Assembly (NCBI GenBank): GCA_022616515.1
Contig: JAKEEQ010000091.1
Span: forward strand, 1 to 48,865
DNA length: 48,865 nucleotides
Reading direction: 5' to 3'
Origin: Chloroflexota bacterium
Lineage (GTDB): Bacteria; Chloroflexota; Anaerolineae; Aggregatilineales; J027
Both the position numbers and the translations under genes were made by a program. This document shows positions 17,445-26,617 of the stretch, one piece after another. Numbering within the stretch: position 1 is the stretch's first letter; every line of letters starts with the position of its first letter. The notes under the pieces are model-generated. The model made no database searches, was not told the origin of the DNA, and saw only the letters and a program-made list of their open reading frames with translations.

Positions 17445-18671
17445 ATGATGAAGCAATCGTTTCGCGCCGCAGTTGGTTTGATACTGCTTATCACACTGAC
17501 TTTCAGCGCCGGATATTTTATTGGACATGACACCACCCAGCCCCAGTCGGTGGTTCAAGCACAGGGTGATGATGCCACCGAGGAACTATTTGCGCCTTTC
17601 TGGGAGACCTGGACTCTTCTGCACGACAACTATATTGATCCTCTTGATGATGATGCTTTGATGGAAGCTGCCCTCAATGGCATGATTGACTCTCTCGAAG
17701 ATCCGCATATGGGATATATTCCCCCCGTTGACTATCAAGAAGTACTGGACAGCCTGAACGGTGAATTCGAAGGCATTGGTGCTACCGTTTCACAGGATGA
17801 AGTTACCGGCGCACTGGAGATTGTACGTCCGCTGCCGGGTTCTCCGGCTGAAGCGGCGGGCCTCCTGCCGGGAGATCATGTAGTGACTGTGGATGGGGAA
17901 GACATCACCGATATGGATCAGAGTGTCATCATTTCGATGGTACGTGGTCCGGCAGGCACAGATGTCGTGCTCGGCATTGAACGCGCAGGTGAAGCAGATG
18001 TACTGGAAATCACCGTCACTCGTGACCGGATTTTGTTGCCAAGTGTGGATTACGAAATTCTGGACGGCAACGTTGGTTACTTGCAATTGTTCCAGTTTGG
18101 CCCCACCAGCAATGAGGAACTGCGTGATGCACTGATCGAGATGGAAGTTGAGGATTTGAGCGGACTGATTCTGGACCTGCGCGGCAATACCGGCGGGTAT
18201 CTCGATGTTACACTCGACATTATCAGTTACTTTGTGGAAGATGGCTTAATCCTGATTGAAGAAGACGCCGAAGATCGGGTTGAATATCAGGCGTTTGGCA
18301 ACCCGGTTGCCCCCACCGTGCCAATGGTGGTGCTGGTGGATCAGGGCAGCGCCAGTGCCAGTGAATTGATGGCCGGGGCGCTACAGGATCGCGGACGGGC
18401 GACGGTTATCGGTGTGCCAACTTTCGGAAAAGGTTCCGTCCAAACATGGCGACGTCTGTCCAATGGCGGCGGTGTTCGTATTACGATTTCGCAATGGCTG
18501 ACTCCTTCCGGGTATTCGGTTACCCCGGATGGTATCCAGCCCGACATCGTGGTCGAATTCCCTGACCTTGAACCGGGGACACCGTACAGCCAGGATATTG
18601 ACACGCAGCTACAGGCAGCAATTGAGGCCCTGATAGAGAAGACAGCGCCCCGCGCTAAAGTTATTCCATAG
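17445..18671 (+). CDS. ctpA: Carboxyl-terminal processing protease (S41A) with PDZ domain and N-terminal membrane anchor
   Basis: TM anchor AAVGLILLITLTFSAGYFIG, PDZ (GSPAEAAGLLPGDHVVTVDG), LILDLRGNTGGYL and GSASASELMAGAL...TFGKGSVQ. GGAGA RBS. Confidence 0.88.
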   Translation: MMKQSFRAAVGLILLITLTFSAGYFIGHDTTQPQSVVQAQGDDATEELFAPFWETWTLLHDNYIDPLDDDALMEAALNGMIDSLEDPHMGYIPPVDYQEVLDSLNGEFEGIGATVSQDEVTGALEIVRPLPGSPAEAAGLLPGDHVVTVDGEDITDMDQSVIISMVRGPAGTDVVLGIERAGEADVLEITVTRDRILLPSVDYEILDGNVGYLQLFQFGPTSNEELRDALIEMEVEDLSGLILDLRGNTGGYLDVTLDIISYFVEDGLILIEEDAEDRVEYQAFGNPVAPTVPMVVLVDQGSASASELMAGALQDRGRATVIGVPTFGKGSVQTWRRLSNGGGVRITISQWLTPSGYSVTPDGIQPDIVVEFPDLEPGTPYSQDIDTQLQAAIEALIEKTAPRAKVIP

Positions 18672-18697
18672 GCCCTTGATACGCTCCTGACGCGACT

Positions 18698-18727
18698 AAA
18701 CGGGTGTCGACGAGATGCCCGTTTTTT
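18698..18727 (+). terminator. Weak terminator-like hairpin after ctpA
   Basis: AAACGGG - 13 nt loop - CCCGTTT followed by TTTGTTT. The large loop makes it weak. Confidence 0.35.
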
Positions 18728-18777
18728 GTTTCATCATCAACGGGTTACAATACAGACAACAAATAAACGTGGAGCAT

Positions 18778-21700
18778 ATGGTGAGTTATCCTGAAATTAT
18801 TCGCGGGTACGAACTGGAAGAGATCATTGGACAGGGTGGTTTTGGTGCAGTGTTTCGTGCCCATCAACGAGTCGTTGAGCGCGAGGTCGCTATTAAAGTT
18901 ATCCTGCCCCAATATGTGAGCGACCCCGACTTTATTCGCGGCTTTGAAACGGAAGCTCGCCTCATTGCCCGGCTGGAGCATCCCTTTATCGTGCCGTTGT
19001 TTGATTACTGGCGCGATCCAGATGGTGCTTATCTGGTGATGCGTTATTTCAGTAACAGCAGTTTGAAAGGCATGATAAAAGACGAAGGAAGAATCTCACT
19101 GGAGACGACGGCCAGAATGCTCCATCAAATGGCGGGTGCTCTGGATACAGCTCATCGCTTTAATGTCATTCACCGCGACATCAAACCCGCCAACATTTTA
19201 CTGGACCGCGATTCCAATGCCTATCTGGCCGACTTTGGTATAGCGCAGCAACTTGAACCCGATAAAGAGTCGGATGGTGATACCGATGAATTTAGCGGCA
19301 CAATAGCATACAGCGCTCCTGAACTCTTTGAAGGCAAATCCGCTACTGCCGCTTCTGATATTTATGCGCTGGGGCTGCTGGTTTATCAGATGCTGGCTGG
19401 CGAACATCCCTACCATATGGAAACTGCCATTGATATGGTCAAGGCCCATATGCTGCGTGAAATTCCCGTTGTTCCCGATGTCCCAATGGCGGTTAACGAG
19501 ACACTGAAACGAGCCACGGCTAAAGTTCCAGACGTTCGGTATCACAAGGCACTCGACTTTGCCCTTGCGTTTCAAAAGGCGATTGGTGGCAGCGTTGTTG
19601 ACGTCTCTGAGCGTCTTTCCACCGAACAGATCATTAATCCCTACAAGGGACTGCGGGCTTTTGAAGAGGCTGATGCACAGGACTTTTTCGGTCGTGAGGC
19701 TCTGGCCTCCCGCCTTATCAGTGAATTGCAAACAGACCATCCCTGGCATCAGTTTCTGGCGGTGGTCGGTCCCAGCGGCAGCGGCAAATCCAGCGTTGTC
19801 CATGCTGGGCTGGTCCCTGCTTTGCGTGATGGCAACCTCACCGGGGCCGATAGATGGTTCATCGTCAATATGGTTCCGAGTGCCCAGCCTCTGCATCAGT
19901 TAAGTAATGCCTTGTTGAGTATCGCGGTTGATCCGGCGGACACCATTTCTCGCAAGCTGCGTTCCGATGCGAAAGGACTGATTCAGGCCGTTGAAAATGT
20001 ACTTGGCGACAATGACCAGCTACTGCTTGTGATTGACCAGTTTGAAGAAGTATTTACGCTGGTGGATGATGAGAATGAGCGTCGCCAGTTCCTTGACCTC
20101 CTGTACACCGCCATCAGTACTCCGGACAGTCGTTTGTGGATCGCCATCACCCTGCGGGCGGACTTTTACGACAAGCCGCTGCTGTATGAAGAATTTGGAG
20201 CCTTGATGCAGGCTCGCACGCAAGTCATCCTGCCCCTGTCCATCGGCGAACTTCAGCGGGCCATTACCGGACCCGCCCATCGCGTTGGCCTTGAAGTCGA
20301 TACCGATTTGGTCGCTGCCATTGTCGCTGATGTCCGGGAAGAACCCGGTGCACTTCCTCTCCTGCAATATGCCCTGACGGAAGTCTTTGCGCGACGCGAC
20401 GGCAACACTTTAACCCTGAATGCCTATCGAGAGAGTGGTGGTGTCTTAGGGGCACTGGCCCGCCGCGCCGAAGAAGTCTTCACCCAACTCCCTCCCGACC
20501 AGCAAATACTCGCCGAACAAATCTTTTTGCGCCTTGTAACGCTGGGAGAAGGGTCTGAAGATACACGGCGGCGGGTACGATATTCTGAATTAACCTCATT
20601 CACCAAAGACATCGCTACTTTGCAGGCTGTGCTTGATGCCTTTGGAAAATATCGCCTGCTCACCTTTGACCGTGACCCGGATACCCGCGAACCAACTATT
20701 GAAGTCGCCCATGAAGCCTTGATTCGCGAATGGAAACGGCTGCGCCAGTGGCTCGACAATAACCGCAATGATATTCGTTTACAACGGATGCTGGCTGTCG
20801 CCGCGAATGATTGGTTTAAGGCAGAACTCGATAATAGCTATTTACTGACCGGAACGCGGCTGGCCCAATTTGAGGATTGGTCAAAGGATGCGAATGTGGT
20901 TTTGGGCCAACATGAAGCGGAGTTTCTCAATGAGAGCATTGCCGAACAGCAGCGTCAGGACCGCCTTGATACCGAGCGACAGCAGCAGCAGCTCACACTT
21001 GAGCGCCGTGCCCGCCAGCGATTACAGCTTATTGTCGGTATTCTGGTGATTGCCAGCATCATCGGCATCGGCCTGACCATCGCCGTATTCCAGCAGAGTC
21101 GCGAAGCGCAGGACGAACGTGATGAGGCTCAAGCCGCTCGTGACGAGGCTGTTTCGGCTCAAGCAACAAGTGATGCCAGTGCTCGTGAGGCACGCAGTTT
21201 AACGCTGTCAACGCAGGCCCAGCAGGCATTCAGCCGGGGGGATACGACATTATCCCTGATGTTAGCCCTTGAGGCGGTCAGGATTCCGAATCCGCCGGAG
21301 GCATCTTTTAACACATTGCTCGATATCGCGTATGGGCCGGGGGTGCGTAATGTGTTGCAGGCCCATGAAAATCGCGCCTCGGCGATTGCCATCTCGCCGG
21401 ACGGGACATTAGCGGTTTCCGGGTCGGGGGTTAATGTCTTTGCCCGTGCCACCGGCACGCCTCCCCCAACTGGTGGACCGCCGGGTGGTGGACCGCCACC
21501 GGGTGGAGGAAATCCCCCACCCCCGCTAAATGGCGGTGCTCCCATTCCGGGCGAACTCCGCCAGCAATCCTATCCAGTCAATGACTTTGTTGATAATCAT
21601 CTGGCGCTCTGGAATCTGGAAAACGGTGAAAAACTTCTGGAATTAACCGGGCATCAAGGGCCAATCAGCGATATTTTGTTTGCCCCGGATTTGCTGGTAT

Positions 21701-23448
21701 CGGCGTCACTGGATGGCACAGTAATATTCTGGGATGTTGAGAGCGGTGAGGAAATTGACCGCCTAGAACTGGCAGCCAGTCCCAATATTTCCCTATCGAC
21801 TGGCGAATCTGGTGAGATGTTGCTCATTACCCTCGCCGATGGCTTCGGACAGCAGGGTGAAATGATCGTCTGGGATATCATGGCTGCTCAGGAAATCAAC
21901 CGCTTTCACCCTCAAATGCCCGGTCTATGGGAAGCTAGTATCACGCCCGACGGTGAAACGATTGTCGCTACCTATTGGGGAGGTTCATCCCTTGTTCTGG
22001 ACGCCGAGAGTGGAGAAGAAATCAGGCAGTTTGAGCAGGAAGTGGACAATCTGCAACCCAATTCCTTCCATACAGTCTTGAGTTCAGATGGATTCACGGC
22101 GGCAACGGCGGGCCCCAATGGTAACGTCACCGTCTGGGATATTGAAACGCTGGAGATAGTGAGTACCTTTAGCCCACCGTTTTCACAAATACGCGACCTC
22201 GCATTCGACGACGACGGTCTGCGCATCTATCTGGTTTCTGACGACGGCACGCTCAGTGAGTGGGATGTTGAAACCGGCAGGCTGGATTACCAGTTTTTTG
22301 AGACCAGAAGCTTCGACGGCGTCAGTGTGGCAGTCAGTCTTGAAGCGGGAATTGCCATTGTAGGGCACGAAGATGGCTCGCTTTATATCTGGGAACTATT
22401 TACCTTGCCAGCCCGCGTCGCCAATGAATTTTTCGAACTTGACTTAATGAGTCGTGCCCGGTTTGTGAATCTTGATGACACGCTCCGTGTTCTTTCGTTT
22501 GGCGGCAACTGGGGCGAATTTAACTTTCAACCGCAGCTACAACTATGGGATGCTTTGACTTCCGACCCGGTCGAACTCGATTTCCCGCAGCACGATTACA
22601 TGTCCTTTGTGTTGGCGGTCAGTGATGACGATCAATATGCACTGTCTGGCACATCGGCCAGTGCCCCCGGCATTGCCCGCCGGGAGGCCCTGAATCGTCT
22701 CGTTCTCTGGGAAATAAAAACTGGTGAAACGGTATTTGAAATCGAATATGAACAGGGCATGGATGTCCACGCAGCGGCATTTGACCCGTCCAATGATGGA
22801 CAGTTGCGCATTTCCTCGTCATGGGGGCGCGATATTCGGCTGTGGGATGTGACTTCCGGTGAGGTTATCCAGACATTCACCGGGCATGAACGCAATGTTC
22901 AGGATATTGTCTTTAGCGATGACGGGCAAACACTCATTTCGGTCAGCGACGACAATACCATCCGTGTCTGGGATGTCCCCTCCGGTGAAGAACGCCTCAA
23001 AATCGAACTCGAAGGCCGTTCGCCGTTTGTCCTGCTGGCTGATGAAGGAATTATCACCGCCCACACCGAAAATCATATTGCCCTGTGGAGTCTTGAGGAT
23101 GGCACGTTGCTAGGCGAATTCGTCGGACATGAGGATATTGTTGAGAGTGGGACACTTTCCAATGATGGGCAATATCTACTCAGCGGCTCGGCGGACAACT
23201 CTGCCATTATCTGGGACCTTGCCACTCGCGCAATCCTTCAACGCTTTCCCGACCATTTCGGCAGAATCTGGGATGTGGACTTCAGCCCGGATAATGAGTA
23301 CATCCTGACCGTTAGTGATGCCGATGGCGTGGTGGTCTGGCGTGTCAATTTGCCTACGCTGGATGAAGCCCGCCAGTGGATTGGCGACAATCGCTATACC
23401 CGTCCCTATACGCCGCAGGAATGTGAGGACTTTCGGCTCGACTGCTGA
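18778..23448 (+). CDS. Multidomain signalling protein: Hanks Ser/Thr kinase - STAND-type P-loop NTPase - coiled coil - single TM - WD40 beta-propeller repeats
   Basis: Kinase motifs: GQGGFGAVF, VAIKV, HRDIKPANILL, ADFG, SAPE. NTPase motifs: FFGRE...VVGPSGSGKSS (Walker A, nt 19768-19794) and LLLVIDQFEE (Walker B). TM: LQLIVGILVIASIIGIGLTIAVF (nt about 21022-21090). After the TM come many WD repeats (VIFWDVESGEE, VTVWDIETLE, IRLWDVTSGE, IRVWDVPSGEE, AIIWDLATR). Start moved to ATG 18778 (MVSYPEI..., GGAG upstream). Confidence 0.9.
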   Translation: MVSYPEIIRGYELEEIIGQGGFGAVFRAHQRVVEREVAIKVILPQYVSDPDFIRGFETEARLIARLEHPFIVPLFDYWRDPDGAYLVMRYFSNSSLKGMIKDEGRISLETTARMLHQMAGALDTAHRFNVIHRDIKPANILLDRDSNAYLADFGIAQQLEPDKESDGDTDEFSGTIAYSAPELFEGKSATAASDIYALGLLVYQMLAGEHPYHMETAIDMVKAHMLREIPVVPDVPMAVNETLKRATAKVPDVRYHKALDFALAFQKAIGGSVVDVSERLSTEQIINPYKGLRAFEEADAQDFFGREALASRLISELQTDHPWHQFLAVVGPSGSGKSSVVHAGLVPALRDGNLTGADRWFIVNMVPSAQPLHQLSNALLSIAVDPADTISRKLRSDAKGLIQAVENVLGDNDQLLLVIDQFEEVFTLVDDENERRQFLDLLYTAISTPDSRLWIAITLRADFYDKPLLYEEFGALMQARTQVILPLSIGELQRAITGPAHRVGLEVDTDLVAAIVADVREEPGALPLLQYALTEVFARRDGNTLTLNAYRESGGVLGALARRAEEVFTQLPPDQQILAEQIFLRLVTLGEGSEDTRRRVRYSELTSFTKDIATLQAVLDAFGKYRLLTFDRDPDTREPTIEVAHEALIREWKRLRQWLDNNRNDIRLQRMLAVAANDWFKAELDNSYLLTGTRLAQFEDWSKDANVVLGQHEAEFLNESIAEQQRQDRLDTERQQQQLTLERRARQRLQLIVGILVIASIIGIGLTIAVFQQSREAQDERDEAQAARDEAVSAQATSDASAREARSLTLSTQAQQAFSRGDTTLSLMLALEAVRIPNPPEASFNTLLDIAYGPGVRNVLQAHENRASAIAISPDGTLAVSGSGVNVFARATGTPPPTGGPPGGGPPPGGGNPPPPLNGGAPIPGELRQQSYPVNDFVDNHLALWNLENGEKLLELTGHQGPISDILFAPDLLVSASLDGTVIFWDVESGEEIDRLELAASPNISLSTGESGEMLLITLADGFGQQGEMIVWDIMAAQEINRFHPQMPGLWEASITPDGETIVATYWGGSSLVLDAESGEEIRQFEQEVDNLQPNSFHTVLSSDGFTAATAGPNGNVTVWDIETLEIVSTFSPPFSQIRDLAFDDDGLRIYLVSDDGTLSEWDVETGRLDYQFFETRSFDGVSVAVSLEAGIAIVGHEDGSLYIWELFTLPARVANEFFELDLMSRARFVNLDDTLRVLSFGGNWGEFNFQPQLQLWDALTSDPVELDFPQHDYMSFVLAVSDDDQYALSGTSASAPGIARREALNRLVLWEIKTGETVFEIEYEQGMDVHAAAFDPSNDGQLRISSSWGRDIRLWDVTSGEVIQTFTGHERNVQDIVFSDDGQTLISVSDDNTIRVWDVPSGEERLKIELEGRSPFVLLADEGIITAHTENHIALWSLEDGTLLGEFVGHEDIVESGTLSNDGQYLLSGSADNSAIIWDLATRAILQRFPDHFGRIWDVDFSPDNEYILTVSDADGVVVWRVNLPTLDEARQWIGDNRYTRPYTPQECEDFRLDC

Positions 23449-23478
23449 GAGTTTGCGTATTGATAAAGGTACAAAGAC

Positions 23479-24264
23479 ATGACTGTATTGGAACTAGCTG
23501 GTTTCGGGTTGTTGATTGTCATGGCCTTGATGACACTGCTGTGGCTGGTCAGTTTAGCTATCAAAAATTCGAGTATTGTTGACATATTCTGGGGCACTGG
23601 ATTTGTTGTCCTTGGCTGGTTGTATTTCTTCAACACCGGTGGAGACGAACTACGCAGACTGCTGCAAGCGGCACTTGTCACCATATGGGGACTACGCTTG
23701 AGCGGTTATATCGGCTGGCGTAACATTGGTAAAGGAGAAGATTATCGCTACCAGAAATGGCGTAAAGAAGCGGGCGAATGGTGGTGGTGGAAGAGTTACT
23801 TCCGCGTTTTTGTATTGCAGGGTGTCATCATGTGGATTGTCGCCATGCCGCTGTTGGCAGCGCAATATTACGGCGGTCCCGGTGAGCTGATATTCCTCGA
23901 TGTCATCGCCTTGATGTTATGGGGCATTGGCTTTGCCTTTGAGTCAGGGGGCGATTTGCAACTGGCCCGGTTTAAGGCCAATCCTGAAAATAAGGGCAAG
24001 GTCATGGCTGAGGGATTCTGGCGTTATACCCGCCATCCCAATTACTTCGGTGATGCGGTGCAGTGGTGGGCCTTTTATCTGCTGGCATTGACAGCGGGCG
24101 GCTGGTGGTCGATTTTCAGCCCGATGATTATGCAATTTCTGTTGATGCGCGTATCCGGTGTGGCGCTGCTGGAAAAAGACCTCAAGGACAAGAAGCCAGA
24201 ATACCGAGAGTACATCGAGAAAACTCCGGCCTTTTATCCTTGGTTTCCGAAACAATCTGCATAG
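23479..24264 (+). CDS. DUF1295 / steroid 5-alpha-reductase-like membrane protein
   Basis: Polytopic membrane protein with the C-terminal signature WRYTRHPNYFGDAVQWWAFYL. Confidence 0.82.
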   Translation: MTVLELAGFGLLIVMALMTLLWLVSLAIKNSSIVDIFWGTGFVVLGWLYFFNTGGDELRRLLQAALVTIWGLRLSGYIGWRNIGKGEDYRYQKWRKEAGEWWWWKSYFRVFVLQGVIMWIVAMPLLAAQYYGGPGELIFLDVIALMLWGIGFAFESGGDLQLARFKANPENKGKVMAEGFWRYTRHPNYFGDAVQWWAFYLLALTAGGWWSIFSPMIMQFLLMRVSGVALLEKDLKDKKPEYREYIEKTPAFYPWFPKQSA

Positions 24265-24272
24265 CCAAAACG

Positions 24273-24303
24273 AAACCCCTGCTCATTTGAACAGGGGTTT
24301 TTT
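24273..24303. terminator. Bidirectional rho-independent terminator between convergent genes
   Basis: AAACCCCTG - 10 nt loop - CAGGGGTTT, with a T-run on the plus strand and AAA/GTTTT on the other side. It sits between the stops at 24264 (+) and 24307 (-). Confidence 0.8.
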
Positions 24304-24306
24304 GAT

Positions 24307-24849
24307 TTACAGATTGAATTCCGCACGCAGCATTGCCGCTCGATGGTAGGGACGGATGGTATCCAGAGAAATACGCTCGGTTGTTTCTACCACATTCTGG
24401 TAAAGATTCTTAGCCTGGGTGATGTGCCTGCCGCTTCGGAAAAGATCGCCAGCCTTCAGCGTACATGCCGCCCGCAGGTGAGGCAGATAGCCGTAGGTCT
24501 CAGCGTTTTCAAGTAAAAGTGCAATCGCCCCGGCTCTATCACCATGCTCTAAGCACCAATCACTCAATGTTTGAAGCACATAGTTGTCCATGAACCAGTT
24601 CTGAAAGATGATGTCACAGTGCAGCCGCGACCGTTTCACACTGATAGGGAGATAGTAGTGACGCAGATCATTATGCGTCCCGTAATCGAATGCAGGAAAC
24701 TCACGCATCCGGTTTTCAAGTGTACGAATCGTTTCTGTGATTTCCAGAACTTGCTCGTCCGCAAAGGCGGTTTGAACTTGCGGCAGCCCTATCGCCGTTG
24801 AGACGGTAGCCAGTGATGCGAGAAATTGTCGCCGGGATATAAGACTCAT
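24307..24849 (-). CDS. Hypothetical exported protein with twin-arginine (Tat) signal
   Basis: MSLISRRQFLASLATVSTAIGLPQVQTAFA. GAGGAG lies 6 nt upstream of ATG 24849. No recognisable catalytic motif. Confidence 0.6.
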   Translation of the reverse strand: MSLISRRQFLASLATVSTAIGLPQVQTAFADEQVLEITETIRTLENRMREFPAFDYGTHNDLRHYYLPISVKRSRLHCDIIFQNWFMDNYVLQTLSDWCLEHGDRAGAIALLLENAETYGYLPHLRAACTLKAGDLFRSGRHITQAKNLYQNVVETTERISLDTIRPYHRAAMLRAEFNL

Positions 24850-24938
24850 TGCTATCTCCTCACAATATAACACATATTTAAAGTCTACAAGAATTTTCTA
24901 TAGACTTCAATAGCTTATAAAAGTCCGCAATAGGTCAG

Positions 24939-26555
24939 TTATTCACTTCCCAGTGCACCAATGGCGTTGCTTGCACGAATATTCCCCAAAACATCCAATA
25001 CCGGCATCATCTCATCATTACCAGAATCTACGAGAACCGAATCCGATACCAGATGATAATCTGGCCTATCAGGATTTAGCGTAAACCACATTCCGTCTTC
25101 CAGAATCCACGGCTCAAAGGTTGGATTGACGAACTGTGCGAAACCCTCATCCACCGAAAAGCCACTGATGGAATCCACATCATCTGGAGTTCCGGGTGCG
25201 TTATCTACATAGCGCTCGAAGTAGTAATTGTTGCTGGAATTCAGCCCCTCACCGGAGCGGTTGGCGATTTCATAGGCATCAAAACGATCACGGATCATGA
25301 TATTGTTGGCAACTGTCATGTTCCTTGCATCGTTGTTCAAAATCAAAGCGCCGCGATTGCCTTCTTCATCGACCATCGTATTGTTGACTATAGTCACATT
25401 CTGGCAGCCAAATTCTGAGGAATCCAACTCCTTCCATTCAGCATATCCATCGTCCCAACACGTGATACCGGCTGCGAAATTGCCATACATTAGATTGTTG
25501 CGGATGATACTGTTCTGCACAGACGCCAGATTGATGGCTGCTGCACCATTCTCGCCATTATTGGTCATCACGTTTTGTTCAACGATGATGTTTTCGCTGA
25601 TGCCATCCTCGAAAAACTCACCGAGGTCGGGCAGTCCCTGACTATCGTAGCAATCTTTGATGTCATGCCATGTTGCTGTACCATCAATGTCATCCTCAGA
25701 CCAATCACAGGTGTCTCCGGTTGACATTTCAAGCCAGTAAAAAACTTCGCCAGTCGCTGTTTGCGGGTCCGCATTAATCTGCAAACCGGCTGATGGATTC
25801 CCCTGAAAGACATTACGTCGTACCACGATATTGTCGCCCGACCCTGAAATATACAGGCCATGCTCATCTTCGGAATTGGTGAAGGCCGAATCCTGTATCA
25901 GCATGTAGTTGGTGGAAGTGGTGTGCATTCCCCACTCGTAATTGTCGTGGCTGTAAATATTGCTGACGATAATGTGGTGTGAGAAGTGGCCGGTATTGCT
26001 GAAATAACCCGAAAAGAAAATGCCTGCCCCGTCTTCAGCCCCTTCAAACGCCATGTTCTGGACAATGTAGTGATGCACATCTATAAAATAAAACTGATGG
26101 CGCAGGAATGATTTTTCAGGGTCAGCAGACCCATCGACTACCACCGAGCCGGGATCACCCCAGCCCAGAAAATGGATGTAAGCCCCATCTTCACCACCCA
26201 TTTCTTCCACCTGCACGCCGCGATAACGCCCCGGCATGATGATAATCAAATCACCGGGACTGGCTGCCATAGCCGCATCCTGAATGATGTCGAATGTCTC
26301 GCTGACCGGATAGGTTTGTTCGGCATTTGAACAATCCGCCACGAAACACGGCACGGCCACACTGATCTCGCCGGGGCAGTCACCGTTTTGAGCGACACAT
26401 AGAACATTGCTGTAACTATCCTGCAATTGAAAATTGGCACTGATAAATGCCTCGGTATCCGGTTCAACCCCTGTTTGCGCCCGCCCGATTTGCGGAGCCA
26501 CCCCTAATCCGGTGACCACGATGGAAATGAACAAAAAAACAGCCCAATTCTTCAT
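24939..26555 (-). CDS. Secreted right-handed parallel beta-helix repeat protein (polysaccharide lyase/hydrolase-like)
   Basis: Signal peptide MKNWAVFLFISIVVTGLGVAPQIGRAQ. The IQDAAMAASPGDLIIIMPGRY start is typical of beta-helix proteins, and repeated N-rich rungs follow (IIRNNLMYGN, VTIVNNTMVDE, MTVANNIMIRD). Start moved from 26654 to ATG 26555. Confidence 0.75.
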   Translation of the reverse strand: MKNWAVFLFISIVVTGLGVAPQIGRAQTGVEPDTEAFISANFQLQDSYSNVLCVAQNGDCPGEISVAVPCFVADCSNAEQTYPVSETFDIIQDAAMAASPGDLIIIMPGRYRGVQVEEMGGEDGAYIHFLGWGDPGSVVVDGSADPEKSFLRHQFYFIDVHHYIVQNMAFEGAEDGAGIFFSGYFSNTGHFSHHIIVSNIYSHDNYEWGMHTTSTNYMLIQDSAFTNSEDEHGLYISGSGDNIVVRRNVFQGNPSAGLQINADPQTATGEVFYWLEMSTGDTCDWSEDDIDGTATWHDIKDCYDSQGLPDLGEFFEDGISENIIVEQNVMTNNGENGAAAINLASVQNSIIRNNLMYGNFAAGITCWDDGYAEWKELDSSEFGCQNVTIVNNTMVDEEGNRGALILNNDARNMTVANNIMIRDRFDAYEIANRSGEGLNSSNNYYFERYVDNAPGTPDDVDSISGFSVDEGFAQFVNPTFEPWILEDGMWFTLNPDRPDYHLVSDSVLVDSGNDEMMPVLDVLGNIRASNAIGALGSE

Positions 26556-26617
26556 CAGAACTCTCCCTGATACTTTCTCTTCATTGTAGGGAAATCGAAA
26601 ATTTGAGCTAATCAGCT

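Noticed and set aside
17248-17448. 66-aa plus-strand ORF in the grpE-ctpA spacer whose TGA overlaps the ctpA ATG
   Set aside because: TTG start with no Shine-Dalgarno, an AT-rich region and low-complexity, unconvincing protein sequence. The ATGA overlap is probably a coincidence of the ATGATG start. The region is better explained as divergent promoters plus the grpE leader.
18715-18777. N-terminal extensions proposed by the ORF track (also 4004-4087, 14521-14616, 24850-24873, 26556-26654, 29295-29327, 33050-33073, 43480-43566, 43606-43638)
   Set aside because: In each case an internal ATG with a good Shine-Dalgarno, and/or a signal peptide or conserved N-terminus starting there, gives a more plausible gene. 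The extensions also overlap neighbouring genes or terminators.
19198-19896. 232-aa minus-strand ORF. Similar cases: 3660..4211, 16133..16774, 28467..29123, 39128..39700, 7123..7524.
   Set aside because: All lie inside and antisense to, or out of frame with, strongly supported genes (the kinase-STAND gene, nagZ, dnaK/grpE, the rSAM gene, hemH, the MBL gene). None has a motif or an RBS.
21159-21545. 128-aa minus-strand ORF with a Pro/Gly-rich stretch
   Set aside because: It is the mirror image of the GGN/CCN low-complexity insertion in the WD40 region. It is not independent coding.
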